Of a stretch of 43,066 nucleotides of DNA, positions 1 to 12,055 are shown piece by piece; position 1 is the first letter of the stretch; each line of letters begins with the position of its first letter. The position numbers were made by a program, and so were the translations under genes. Origin of the DNA: Basidiobolus meristosporus CBS 931.73. Taxonomy: Eukaryota > Fungi > Basidiobolomycota. The notes below the pieces were generated by a model. It had not been told where the DNA came from. It saw only the letters and a program-made list of their open reading frames with translations, and ran no database searches. The stretch is taken from contig MCFE01000708.1 of assembly GCA_002104905.1 (NCBI GenBank), forward strand, positions 1 to 43,066, given 5' to 3'.

Positions 1-461
1 AACCACCGGCAATACTGGATCATTTGGAACTTGTGATTTCTGGCAAATAGACCACTTTGCTGACGCTGCATTCAAGCGGACGGTTCACCATTTTCTGCAC
101 ATTACAAATACTAGAAACTCATTATATGTATCGCTTGAAACATTATTGCGATTATGAGAACATGCAACGTATATACCGCGTCTCGATTTCTCCATTAGCT
201 ATCTGACTCATACTAATTGCCATTACTGGCCGAGGTGGATTACAAGCTGGCAAGTATTCAGAATGATGGCAATATTGTACAAATTTATTTCTCTGTGGTG
301 AAAGAATATGAATGCTTTTCAAATGAGTGAAGGTCGACATGTCCCTCCAGGAATGAAAGTTAGTGAATGAGCTGTGCAAGGAATTATGTATTTAGGTTAC
401 GGCACAAGTGAGAACTATGCACGGCAAGGGTGACGAGCCGCCATTAAGGCATGAGATCCCT

Positions 462-866
462 CTATACCATGAAACTTTGGCCGCAACCACATGCTTCTTT
501 GACGTTTGGATTGTTGAAAACAAACTGCGAAGAGAGTTTATCCTCAACGTAATCCATTTCGGAGCCGATTATCGAAAGAAGAGCCTTAGAGTCGATTAGG
601 ACGTTGACTCCATCCTGAGCTACCAGCTCATCAAAACGTTCTTTCTTGCTAGTGTAGTCTAAGGAATAACTTAACCCAGAGCAGCCCTTGGTTTTCACTC
701 CAATCTTCAGAAACTGAGGTTCCTCGGCAGCTACAGCAGATGTTTGCATTTGCATAGCTTTGATTCTTTGCACTGCAGCAGGGGTTAAGGCTAAAGCGGC
801 CTTACGGGGTCTGAATGGAGCGCCTGGGCGAGTGGCGGCTTTTCTGACAGTGGCAGCGAAGGACAT
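462..866 (-). CDS. ISA1: Mitochondrial A-type iron-sulfur cluster assembly protein (IscA/HesB family), intronless, 134 aa
   Basis: Motifs LKIGVKTKGCSGLSY, DGVNVLIDSKAL, GSEMDYVEDKLSSQFVFNNPN and C-terminal CGCGQSF; N-terminus rich in basic residues and Ala, like a presequence. Confidence 0.95.
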   Translation of the reverse strand: MSFAATVRKAATRPGAPFRPRKAALALTPAAVQRIKAMQMQTSAVAAEEPQFLKIGVKTKGCSGLSYSLDYTSKKERFDELVAQDGVNVLIDSKALLSIIGSEMDYVEDKLSSQFVFNNPNVKEACGCGQSFMV

Positions 867-949
867 TATAGAATAAAGAAGGCTGAGGGACGTCTAAACT
901 GCAGGTGAACAAAGAGAGAAGAGGTTAAATTTCACACAATCACTATGGG

Positions 950-1600
950 GAAACACGGTAATTATAGGAAGATCCGAGAGCCAATGGGTTTGATGAGAAA
1001 ATAAGCCAATACACAAATGGATTGAAGTCAATCGGAAAAAATTGGGGCACCGTTTTGAGTATGTCGCAACCTTGCATCCACTGATTAATAATTGTAGCGA
1101 TAATCAGAGGCAGGCATCCAAGGATATCATTTGATTTGCTCTGGACGACATCCTGTTTTCGTTCAATATCTCGATGGAATTGGAAAGCACCAATAGCGCC
1201 TCCGGGAGTGGTAGCCAATCACGGGGGTTACTCACGTAGGTAATGTGGCCTATTCCACCAATGGCCTCCCATCCCCGTACAAGTAAAATCCGTAGTCAAG
1301 CACCAAATATCAAGTGACTCTCCAGATTTGTCCCGATCTGATGGTTTTGATCTCCAGTTGGTATTCCAGATGGAGTGCCGCGAGAGGCGATGTAGCTGAA
1401 ACAAGAACTCTAATGTGATTGCCAGCCAAATATTGATGCCGTATAAGCTAAGGATTTCCTGTACGAGTAACACGAGCGATTCGATCCCAAGCAGTATTCA
1501 TTGAATATCTGTGGGGTGCCGTAGTCACAGATTTATGTAGGACTCCCGGCACTTAATTATTGGCTGCAGGTGGGAATGTAATGGTGGGACTACTGAGCTG
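950..1600 (-). mobile_element. Possible highly degenerate non-LTR retrotransposon (LINE) RT fossil
   Basis: Across minus frames, in the expected order: GTPSGIP (cf. PGPDGIP), NPRDWLPLPEALLVLSNSIEILNE (cf. HPxQxGFxPGRLIxDN), QMISLD (cf. LSLDxxKA), PQFFPIDFNPFVYWL (cf. GFPxxFIxWI). Many stops and frameshifts; resemblance judged by eye only. Confidence 0.25.
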
Positions 1601-1680
1601 TGTTTGCATTACATAACATTCCGGCAGATGTTTATTTCACCGAAACCATGGTTTAGTAACCTTGAGGCTAGGCTTGTACT

Positions 1681-2493
1681 CTAATCCTTAGAAGGCTCCT
1701 CAGGCGCAGCATCCGACTCATAACCACACAACTCTTCTATCTCTGGAATTAGCATATCAAGATGTTTGGGCTGATCGTAATAAACTCTCGGGATAACTGA
1801 GTTATGTGATAAATAATTTTTGATCAAGTGGTAGAGCTGTTTAACACAAGGCTTGCACAGTCTCTGCTTATCCTCCTCCTTGGGTTCTATTCCCTTCTTC
1901 CGATTCAGCATGATGTATTCGAAAGCCTTGACTTTCCGAATACAGAAGGAGTCCCCATCGCGAGAACAGAAGGCTCTTGCATCCTCCAATATTGACCACG
2001 ATGTAAATACCAGGTCCTTACTGTTGTTGGTGGTTTGAGGCGAGTCACATTTGCTAGCAACCAGTTTGGATGCGTTAACAGTCTGTTGAAAACATTTACT
2101 GGAGCACACCCTAGCGAGAGGACTGAAAAATAAGCCCGTATTGCTATAGCATTCTTTCAGTAGTGGGTTTTCTTTTTCTGCCTGTCTAACAACATGAAGG
2201 CACTCAGTGTTTTTCTCAAACCGCCCAGCAAACAAGCTCACAGGCCTCTCTTCATTTGGAAGCTGGCTGTATGGAGACTCTTCCTGAGGAATTGCCGATC
2301 CAATAGCAAAGTTAGTGCCAAGCATCCGTTTTGTTCAGTGACGGGTCATCCTTACCTCTTGATGAACCTTTTGGGCATCACCCCCACTTGCCATATCTTT
2401 GTCACCGTCATGATCATCGGGCTTTGCCCATGATTGCCCTGCTAACATGACCGAGATAAGAAAAGCAAAGAGTGACACACACCTAGCTCTCAT
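1681..2493 (-). CDS. Secreted cysteine-rich protein, 246 aa, 2 exons (2493-2356, 2283-1681)
   Basis: ATG 2493; signal-peptide-like MRARCVSLFAFLISVMLAGQSWA; 72-nt GTAAGG..CAG intron (2355-2284) joins in frame to ORF 1681-2325; 10 Cys in the mature part. Confidence 0.8.
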
Positions 2494-4320
2494 GGTTGAT
2501 GGGAACACCGGAAAAGGGAGGGGAGGAGGATAGCGCAACCAAGTGCAAGTACAGGATATATATATCTTTCCTGTGCTCTGCGGGCACCGAAACCACGGGA
2601 GATTAAAGGGTTGCGGCATATTAGCTGCTCTACCTTCAAACAAGTTTCAGCTTCTATCACGGAAAACACTCTACTGACGATATTGGGCAATATGGAACCA
2701 AACGGTCTTATTCATCTGCATCGCAACTTGATTAGAATTCGAGCCCATATGAATAGAGCATACGCAGAGAATGCTGAGATGGCTACCCCTGTGTCAACTT
2801 GGATACTGGGTGGCTATGGTTAGAGTTTAATACATACGCATAGTAATATTTGGGAGTAGTGAGCTACGGCATAGAGGGTCATGCGGATCTGGCTACGACC
2901 TCGCGGCTCGACGTATACGAACGCGAAAGATAGATGTGGCATATAGCCGATTCCAAAGCCAGACGTGTTCAGAAACATCCGTATAGGAACGAAGTTTCCG
3001 ATGGTCGGCTCAGCCGATCCCTTGGGCATTTCATTGAGTAGAAAACACACGCCACCGAATCTTCCTATTATAGTGCTTCAAAATCATGAATATTCCAGAC
3101 ACAAGTCAAATGTTACCATTTGATGGGAATCCACTCAAAAAGTGCAATCATGAATACCTCATGTAAGCTTAAATTCTATAATTATTAGCTGGTCGAGTTA
3201 GCCTATCGATAATAGGGTAAATATAGCCGGTTGGATGTCTGCAGACTCTGTTGTTCATCCCGAAAGCCTCAATCTTTCCAGGATCTGCACAGCTTGGTAG
3301 TTAGTAAGCCTCGATGTGCGACCCACTAATAAGGAAAAATATCACACGCAGTGGTGAGTTTATAGCAAATAAACCCAATATATCAAATACAGATGCTCTC
3401 TTTAGAAATAGCTACATAGTTGGATGATTTCCTTCCGTTTTACATTGCCAAATGACTGCTATGCTTCATTTGTTCCATATCCAATTGCCAAATGCGATTT
3501 CTGCTTTTGTATAGTAGGCTTCAACAGTGAGGTGTAGATGATATCAATTTCTTCGATTTTCATCAATATATGGGATATTCACTTTCATCCACTTGAGGGT
3601 GCTTCTAAAAGAGCCTACATTTAAGGATACAAAATCAGTGATATATCTAGAATATCGTGGTAACACTAAGAGTTTCGGCTAGAACATACTATATGCGGAG
3701 TATTGATAACATGCTCAAAGTATCTTTATTGATACGCTTGAGACTTTATTAGACGCATCTCCATAAACAACGCCCACCGGTAACCCCAGCTGCTACGTAT
3801 CCACAATCACGATATAACCTACGTGAAAAGCGAGCAAAGACCGGCAAATATCAGTCAACAATGCCCAAAAACCACTATAGAGCAAGCTCGAGTACACGAA
3901 TCGCATGTTGTGTTGTCCTGCGAAAGGATTTGCAATCTGATATGTTGCGTTCCCAAATCTAGCCGTCGAGACAAGTGGTCAAAGCCTAAATTGTTTAATG
4001 TATTGCCAGACCGAGAGGTATTGGATAATTTCTGTATGATCTCAATATCCGATTAGTTAATCTCCAATATGAGCACCTGGATTGCCCATACACTTTGAGA
4101 TTTTGTATCAATGAGGAGCTTGAAGTTTTTTGATAATGATTACCATTTTGACTGCCATATAACATCCTGTCATTAACAACAACCACATCTTGATTGGTTT
4201 ATGGATAAACTCATTCCCAACCAGAGTATATAACAACTTTTTCCGATGAATAGCCTAACATTCCTCTCTACAATCTACGTATTCCTCGACAGTCTCTAGC
4301 AGCTTAGAGCTATCAAAGCC

Positions 4321-5223
4321 ATGTCCCTTCCACACCTTTATCAAATGGAAACATACTTCGGGTACATTGAAACTGTACATGACGCGCTACTAGTATTAGA
4401 AGCCTGTCGTCTCGGGAAACTCAACCGGGTTCGACGCCGCCTCACCGATAAAGAAAGGCGAAGTATTCGCTCGGGCTCGGTATATGTCTGGGAAGAAGAG
4501 GAGTCGGGAATTCGTCGCTGGACAGATGGGTACAACTGGTCTCCATCTCGAGTGTTTGGAAGCTTTCTTACTTATCGAGAGCTCCAAAGCCGACATCGAA
4601 TTACCAATGTAAAAATCCCCTCTCCCTCGCTTTCAAATAGTGAGAGCGAGCTTGAGGATAGTTGTCACAGGACCGCGTGCGGTCACAGTGATCTTCCGAT
4701 AAAGACGGACGGACTTATCAAACAATCTATATCGGTGACCACTGTCAACCATCGCAAGTTCCATCTGATCTCTTATTACAACAAGGATCATGTAGCATCT
4801 GGGTTACTGAAAGTCCCCAGCTTCGATTTATCACTTGCACACACTAGGATCATGAAAGATCTTTACCCAGACATCCCCTCAGATCTCTTCCATACCAATG
4901 AGTTTGCCAACTCGTTTGAATCGTGCAAGCCTGTGGTCAGTAGCCAAATGCCGTCTTCCAACCGAACAGCAAGAAAAACACCATCACCCTTCCGCAATTC
5001 CCCATCGCATATCCAGCTTGAATATCCAAGAAGATTCGATGAAGACAGCTACCTTCAGCAAGCCGCGTGGAACATGAAGCTGCCATCCGTCAACAGCCAC
5101 CATTTGGCCATAAACCAGCTTCCGCCATTGATACTTCCATTCCAAGATATCCGTTTAGACAAACTTCCGTGTAGTGAGGATCGTAGGCAACTATATATTC
5201 TCTCTACAGCGCTTTCCTGGTAA
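4321..5223 (+). CDS. Gti1/Pac2 (WOPR-domain) transcription factor, Pac2-like, intronless; start may be 4345
   Basis: ETYFGYIETVHDALLVLEAC, RRRLTDKER, IRSGSVYVWEEEESGIRRWTDGYNWSPSR, FLTYRE and the second WOPR block GLIKQSISV..HLISYY. Confidence 0.92.
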   Translation: MSLPHLYQMETYFGYIETVHDALLVLEACRLGKLNRVRRRLTDKERRSIRSGSVYVWEEEESGIRRWTDGYNWSPSRVFGSFLTYRELQSRHRITNVKIPSPSLSNSESELEDSCHRTACGHSDLPIKTDGLIKQSISVTTVNHRKFHLISYYNKDHVASGLLKVPSFDLSLAHTRIMKDLYPDIPSDLFHTNEFANSFESCKPVVSSQMPSSNRTARKTPSPFRNSPSHIQLEYPRRFDEDSYLQQAAWNMKLPSVNSHHLAINQLPPLILPFQDIRLDKLPCSEDRRQLYILSTALSW

Positions 5224-5449
5224 GATGTTGCTATTGCGATATAGTTCAGGAATTCGCTCTGGTTGCACTCGAGACATCACCCATACATTACATGCACACC
5301 AGGCTGGATACGGATTCTGTAAGATATCCATTTTACATATCACCATTATAATAGAAGTATACATGTTTATAAACCATAAACCTTAAACCATTCGTCATCG
5401 TCATAATCAAGTTCGTGAGTTGGTATGATTCGTGTTTCCTGAGCCTACA

Positions 5450-6250
5450 GGTTGCCAAATGGTTAGAATTGTGATTCTCTTGGGCAAATTGCCATTGAGC
5501 GCCCGTGAACATACATACGAACATAAAAGGAAAACCCACTGGTACAAGGGAACCATCCCCTAGATAGGTGAAGCCACCAAATGATAGTGAGAGCTGACTT
5601 GTTGAGGATAAATCCAGATGCAACCTCAAATTCACGTCTCACGGCTTGCCCATAATATTGTCTTCCCAATATGACCATCAACATAGGCGATGCAAGCAAA
5701 TGGATTTTTCCCTGCATCACGAGTGATCCATATTCCTATAATGGCACAAGGATCACCCTTACTGGAAATTGGAAATCGGAAATCGGCAAATCTTCATATT
5801 CTTTTATGCAATTCTAATCTAATTGCCAACGGAGTACCCGAGTACAACGTTGAAGGCATCTATATATACGATACGGCTGCTTCGGGAGTAAAGCGCCTGA
5901 CTGGATTCATTGTGTTGGCACTCAATGATTATCCTGAAAGTAAAGATATCTCCAGTGTGGCTAAAGTTAGATGTAACTTGCCAGAGGAGAGCTTAGGGGT
6001 CGGGGCAGTACTTCCCACATTGTTGATAATCATAGTCATGACAATCATATGAGACCCAGTGATTGGATAGCCTCAGGCTGCGATCAACCAGTTCCCATCT
6101 GTTAATGCGTATCGAATAATACTCGTTGGTTAGAGCTTGGTATCAGAACAATGAATTCCGAATTCTTTGCTCTAGTATTGGGGATGAAACCGCGGATGAT
6201 TTATATTTAGTAGCAATCAAATTTTCGTGCATGATCAAATATTTTCCATA
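5450..6250 (-). mobile_element. Degenerate LINE reverse-transcriptase fossil
   Basis: Minus-strand remnants in RT order: FIVLIPS (~6145), RPLSS (~5995), RFPISSKGDPCA (~5750, cf. RQGDPLS), CIAYVDG (~5680, cf. AYADD), FEVASGFILNKS (~5610, cf. FExASGxxxNxSK). Confidence 0.45.
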
Positions 6251-7490
6251 TTTCCAAACTATTGGATCTTAGTAATGATGCTAAGGATGGCATGAGTGAT
6301 ACTTTGCTGGCATATTTTTGGTAAATGCCCATGAATGACTGAGCTATCATTAGCCCCTATTAGCATCCAGTTTTCCTGCACATCATTACCAACCAGTACC
6401 ATACAAGAAATGAAGGACGGATAGCCAAGTGCAGCATCTATCCAGCAGCATTGGGTTCTTGAGCGTCAGTGCTGATCAGCCCTGCCGTTGTGCCTTGGAA
6501 GAGGATGAAAGGTTCATTCGCACCTAATTCAGACAAAATAATACATGGCGCCCTTGGTTTCTATATTTGAAACCTAAATGCTAACCATCCCAACTGCCTG
6601 AGGTGGATCTGTTTCCACCAATCATCAGTAGACCTGTCAGATTGATTGGCTATTATCTAGGTTGATACTCCTAAAGCTTGTCTATGCAGCGAATTCTATG
6701 TTTCCATCTGATCATTAGCGCTCGTCAGTGGCCCTAAATCAATGCACCCAAAGTGAGGCGGGTAGTGCCCGCAAGGGATTCAACGCTGAGATCAGAGATG
6801 AGGTTGGACAACTGCAGCGGTGATGCTAGTAAGTGCATGTCGGGGACGCATGCTTAGCTTTGCGTGATATTGCCCGCTGTCCTTCAACCCACTAGGGCCA
6901 GCAGGAATGGATTCAGGGCATGGCGGGTTCTGTCCAATACAACCACCGAGAAACAGGGTTTGCTACTGGCCAGTGTCATTGACACTTGTAGCAGAACATG
7001 TTCTGGGCTTGATTGGACCTCAACTGGTCCATGAGATAAAACCTGTAGAAGTATTCCTATACCGGAATGAAATCAATGCTCGCTTGGGTCTAACTCCTAA
7101 CAACAAATTTGTATTCTTGAAAGAGGCAATTGATAACACTCATCAAGGTGGTTGCTTGTGATAGGGTGTGATGAGCTCTGGATGCTAAAGCGAGAATCAA
7201 TTCAAATATACAATCCCCAGCTTGCAAATTTGGAATAGAAGGAGAGGGACTCTGAGGGGCCAGTAGACATATGGTTGGTCAATCTAGATGGTTGTGATAA
7301 ACTTCTCCTCGAGTAATATTCATTCAAGATTAGTAGATTTCAATTCAATCAATCCCCCCGATTCAACCGGTCCAATAATTGTTTGCAACCCAGGATTCAA
7401 AATTTCTTTTAAGTTGAGCTGGATCATAAACACACAAGGCTGGTTGATTCTCTTCTTGCTCCTTTCCCTACCCTTCACTTGTTTCCTCCA

Positions 7491-8460
7491 ATGTGGAATC
7501 CTGAGCGTCCTTTCGGCTTCTCTCTTGAACCATTGTTCGGCAAATTGTACGAGACACTAACCGGTCAGCAATACACCGATTTCCGTTTTGTTGAAGGTGA
7601 AACTCCTCTTTCTACCCCGACCGAAGTTATCGTCACTTGTATTCTCTACTTGATTACCATCTTTGGCGGTCAATACATATTGAAGAATAGGAAGCCTTTC
7701 AAGCTAGATCTCCTTTTCAAACTACACAATGTCTTCCTTACTGTCGTTTCTCTCGGCCTGCTGATCCTCATCTTGGAGAATCTTATCCCTATTTATGCGA
7801 AGGGTGGGCTTTTCTATGCAGTCTGTAGCCCAGATGCTTGGACCCAACGCTTAGAGCTATTCTACTACCTCAACTATTTGATCAAGTACTATGAGCTCAT
7901 TGACACAATCTTCCTTGTATTGAAGAAGAAGAAGCTAGGTATGAGTTTTCAAAGTAGTTACCCATTTCAACATTCTGTGTCTAACGCAATTACAGAATTC
8001 TTGCACTACTATCATCACAGCTTGACTATGGTTCTCTGCTACACCCAACTAGTAGGACGTACCTCGGTGGTATGTATTCGAGTTGAATGATTTATAAGGT
8101 TTCCTGCTCACCTATTTTTTTCCTTAGTCGTGGGTTCCCATCACTCTGAATTTGACCGTTCATGTTTTTATGTATTATTATTACTTCCGTGCCACTTCGG
8201 GTGCTCGCATTTGGTGGAAGAAATACCTGACTACCATGCAGATCACTCAATTCATCCTGGATCTTGGTTTTGTTTACTTCTGTACTTATACTTACTTGGC
8301 CTACAACCACTTCCCCAGCATTCCCAACTATGGTACATGCCACGGAACTATTGAGGCTGCCTTATTTGGCTGTGCTCTTCTCTCCTCCTACCTCGTTCTT
8401 TTCATTAGCTTCTTTAGAAAGACCTATAAGAAGCCGGCTGTTAAGGCTAAGAAGAATTAG
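7491..8460 (+). CDS. Fatty acid elongase (GNS1/SUR4, ELO family), 284 aa, exons 7491-7938, 7996-8069, 8128-8460
   Basis: YLNYLIKYYELIDTIFLVLKKKKL|EFLHYYHH (His box), LNLTVHVFMYYYY, TTMQITQF; two GT-AG introns of 57 and 58 nt restore the frame; C-terminal KAKKN matches the KxKxx ER-retrieval motif. Confidence 0.93.
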
Positions 8461-9402
8461 CTGCGATCGCTATTCTACATTCTTAGCATTCTTCACCTTT
8501 TTGAAATTTACAGAGATTCCTCTCGATACATATACCTTCTACCTGTTTATCGAACTTTGCTTCCAAGGGTAGCTCTTCCGATGGTAGCTATTTTTTTAAT
8601 TGTTAGTTATAAACAAACCACACAACCCCCTTCACCCCTCCTGTCCCTTTCCACTTGTTTTCGACGTTTCGTAGGAATTATATAAAGGTTGAAGTATCAC
8701 TTGAAGTGGTTCAACACGGATCATAATATCATTTGTGCTGAAAGGGACGATCCATCCATCATCACGCTCGACCGAGTAGCTGCGCAATACACGCACACCT
8801 TGCAAGCCACAACACAAGGCAGCCTCACGTGAGCAAGGGTTGACACAAAGTAGTAGCTTACTGGATTTCTAAAGATAGATGGGTGACTGGTGCCCATGTG
8901 TTGTGGACTCGGCATAGTGTGGGTGATCCGGGGCAATCATATGAAAATGCTGATGCTGACTAAGTTGCTACCAATCTCCTCTCCTTCCACGAATGTTCCG
9001 GATTCATATATGGCAACCAGTGGTAATATAGGCAAGACATGGGAATTTAATGAACGCATCGAACGTTGCACCGTTTTTGACGACGTGTGTTCATCAAGGA
9101 TGGGCTATTTAACAGTGAGGATTCAACGCGACGGATTCTGCGGAGCTGGAAAAAGCGAGCCGACGCAGCTGACTTCACGGCTAATGAATCATTGGTGTGT
9201 GCTAAATAGGTCTATTCACAAGAATTTATTGCTGGATGCTTTTGGATAGGTAGGGTAGCTAAGTAGTAAAAATAGTGGAGTGAGAAAAAGGGAATACTAA
9301 TTATCTACATTCATATTAAGCGACATACTAATACTTTACAGGGATACTTAAGATGTAGATATTGCCTAGTCAAATGAGATAGGTGTGATGGATTTTGATC
9401 CT

Positions 9403-10310
9403 TCACTGCGGTTTCGAGAGTTGTGCTAGGTGTGGCGCACCGGCAAGGTGCGCCAGTATGGCTATTAGCTGACCCTGCCTCTCCTCCATGCGATTCCATC
9501 TTTCGGTGAGCTCGGCAAATTGGGCATCCATTACCCTTCGGTTGTTCTCGATCATTTTGTACTGCAGCTGATACGATTCGCGTTGGAGCCTTTCGATGGA
9601 TCTCAGAGACTCCGCCACGTCCTGCTGAAAGGCGTTTTGGTACCGGTAATGGCTGTTCTCCTCCTCAGCTTCTTCATCTTTCATGTCTTCCGACGAATGC
9701 CGGCCATTGCACGTGGTGTTCACAAATGTGTGCGCCTCTTGCATCATCACGTTTGAAACGGTTGCGCTTACGAGGCTATCTTTATGAGAGGATGTGGTCA
9801 AGGTAGGTTGCTGTGCCATGAAGATGTTCATCGAGTCCGCGGCAGTGTTCTGTCCCAAGATGGTTGGAGGTTGGATTGTGGTTCTTTCCTCGATAGCCTG
9901 CTCCATTTCTTTTTCGAACGGGAAGAACTGGCCACCACCACCCTGTGCTTTGTATCGGATGAATCTCTATTTGGGGGAAAACCGAGGTGAGTAAACTCTT
10001 GCGGGAGCGCCCATCTCCAGAGGCCGTGGTTTACCTTGTATCGCTTCAGCAAAGTTTTCCAGCGGTCTTCGCACTGTCGAGCGGTTCTGTTGTACCCCTT
10101 CTGTCGGAGAATCTCCGCGACTTTGGAGTATTTTCCCTTGATGTTTTCGCTCGTAAACGAACGCCAACTATGGATCAAGGTTAAGGTTTCTTCGCGTGTC
10201 CACAAATCTCTACTTGGTCCACCCGGAGGATCGCCAATAGAGATTGAGTTCGTGCCGGGAGGGGCGGTTATTGTTGTTATGGAGAGTGACCCTAGACTAT
10301 CAGAACTCAT
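9403..10310 (-). CDS. Trihelix / Myb-SANT-like DNA-binding protein with C-terminal coiled coil, 279 aa, exons 10310-10035 and 9966-9403
   Basis: WTREETLTLI..YSKVAEILRQKGYNRTARQCEDRWKTLLKRYK; a 68-nt GTAAAC..TAG intron joins to RFIRYK..FFPFEKEMEQAI; heptad-like region LRSIERLQRESYQLQ..LIAILAHL. Confidence 0.85.
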
Positions 10311-12055
10311 GAACAACGGGTGGTAATCTTATAGTGACTTGAAGGAAAGACGGGTGGAGTGGTTTGGGTGAAGGTTAACCCTGCCTCGAGACTTTGAGTC
10401 TCACCTACCCCGTCACGATCGAGGGATACCCATCCAAAAGCTAATCAAAAGAGTGATTTGATTTGTCCAAAGAATTTTAATCCTCCAAAACCATCTTAAT
10501 TTACCCAACCTGACTCATCAACATTCTAAATCATCTTAGTAAGACTGATAGAAACTCTATCAATCAACATTCCCATCATCTACATAAAAAGATATAGAAC
10601 CTCCAGAATCAAGCTGAGGAAGCTTGAAGACAACCAGTGGGGTGGCTCTTCATGGCCCAGTAATGAGTCAACTGATGTGCAAGGTGCAGGTGGTGGTTGA
10701 GGCTTCATTGACTGTGTTCTTGAGTTGGCCCGGAGCGTCCGGCACAAGATCACCTGACTCGCCAGCCACATTCCCTTCTCTAATAGCACTTGACAATCTC
10801 CTATGTCACTGTGTTGATGAAGGCTGCCTAGTTATCGATGTCATATTGCCAATGAAGAGCCCTCCCAATTCCCTCAAGCTCATTATTGCCATTTATACCA
10901 AGGGGATTTGATATAATGGCAGGATATTCGGCACTGACTTCATGCGAGTGGGGACCGTCTTGACTCTGCACCAATCAGATACGAAGAGGGGTTCTTGGAA
11001 AACAAAAGCACATTTGTATTGTTTGTCATTACGCTTCCTGACTCAATTGGATGCTAGGAGTCACTTACCCGCCAACCGCCCTCAAGGAAACCATCCCCAC
11101 TCACCCAGCCACCTGTCCTGGGCCAGAGTTATCAGGATAGCTGCCATAGAGCAATCAATAGTTGATTGTGCACAAGGCTGTAGTCATCTCACTGCTATAA
11201 TGGGGAACCCTCAAATCTCCATGGTAAATTATTTCAAGGCTGAGGGTTCTGTGGAGAAGTTGAGAAACTTGGTGGAGTGCATGAATGTACCATATTATTA
11301 TTTGATGCCACAGAGATTCTGAGAGGTGGGCAGCCACAACTGAGGAAACAAGTGTTTCTGAGGTGGTACGCAGTTCCCTGTGTGTATTAACAACAATAGT
11401 CGTCTATCACTTTCCTCTTTGAGCGGTGCTTCGTTGTCACTCAGAGGTTCCTGGTGGGCACCGGGGTGTAACAAGAAGGATACCTGAGGCCAGTTGAACT
11501 CGCTTATCCTATGTCCTTCTGAAGACCTAAAAATCAATATATGGTCTGGCGGACCCCATAAACACGAGGCTCATTGCAGATTCCGATACGGTGGTGGGAA
11601 TCCTCCACTTTCACAATTATACCTGTTACCTGTACACCCAAACACGAGATTAGTTGGCTGTAATGCACAAATCGCTGCTTTAAGAACAAATGCCACCGGG
11701 AAAGGTTGTAATCTTCGGTATGACTATTGTGGCCACTTCTATATACGAAAAATACTAAACTGATGGCAATGTTACGGTGCTAGTGAATTGCTAGAAAAAA
11801 CTGCGAGGGTTTATTATATTCATATGAAAGCATGCGACTGAAACTTGGCAGATAAGGTCGATTAGGGTGATGTATTAAGTAGCAATGGATAGAACTTTAA
11901 GATGTCCGAACATATGGTTGGTTGGTTAAGAGAATCTATAGGGTTAATGTACATCATGTTTAAACGGAGACGGTGGCTTGGAGGAGTAGAGACGGCTTTC
12001 CGGTGGCACAACTCAATGTGCCACGGGGTTGGAGATCACAAGTGGTGCTCTCCGA

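Noticed and set aside
1-400. Short ORFs, including a possible C-terminal tail PPAILDHLELVISGK* at the window start
   Set aside because: No recognisable motif and too little context.
2600-4300. Several 60-80 aa ORFs
   Set aside because: No motifs or splice logic; consistent with random intergenic ORFs or promoter DNA.
7168-7255. Box C (GTGATGA) and box D (CTGA) 88 nt apart
   Set aside because: No terminal stem and no recognisable rRNA guide; expected by chance in 43 kb.
8807-8907. 10-bp inverted repeat CCACAACACA/TGTGTTGTGG enclosing the palindrome CTCACGTGAG
   Set aside because: Does not extend and has no TSD; at most an E-box-type site.
10500-11540. Possible Harbinger transposase relic beside the trihelix gene
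   Set aside because: No DDE motifs or TIRs found in any frame; CpG is not depleted.
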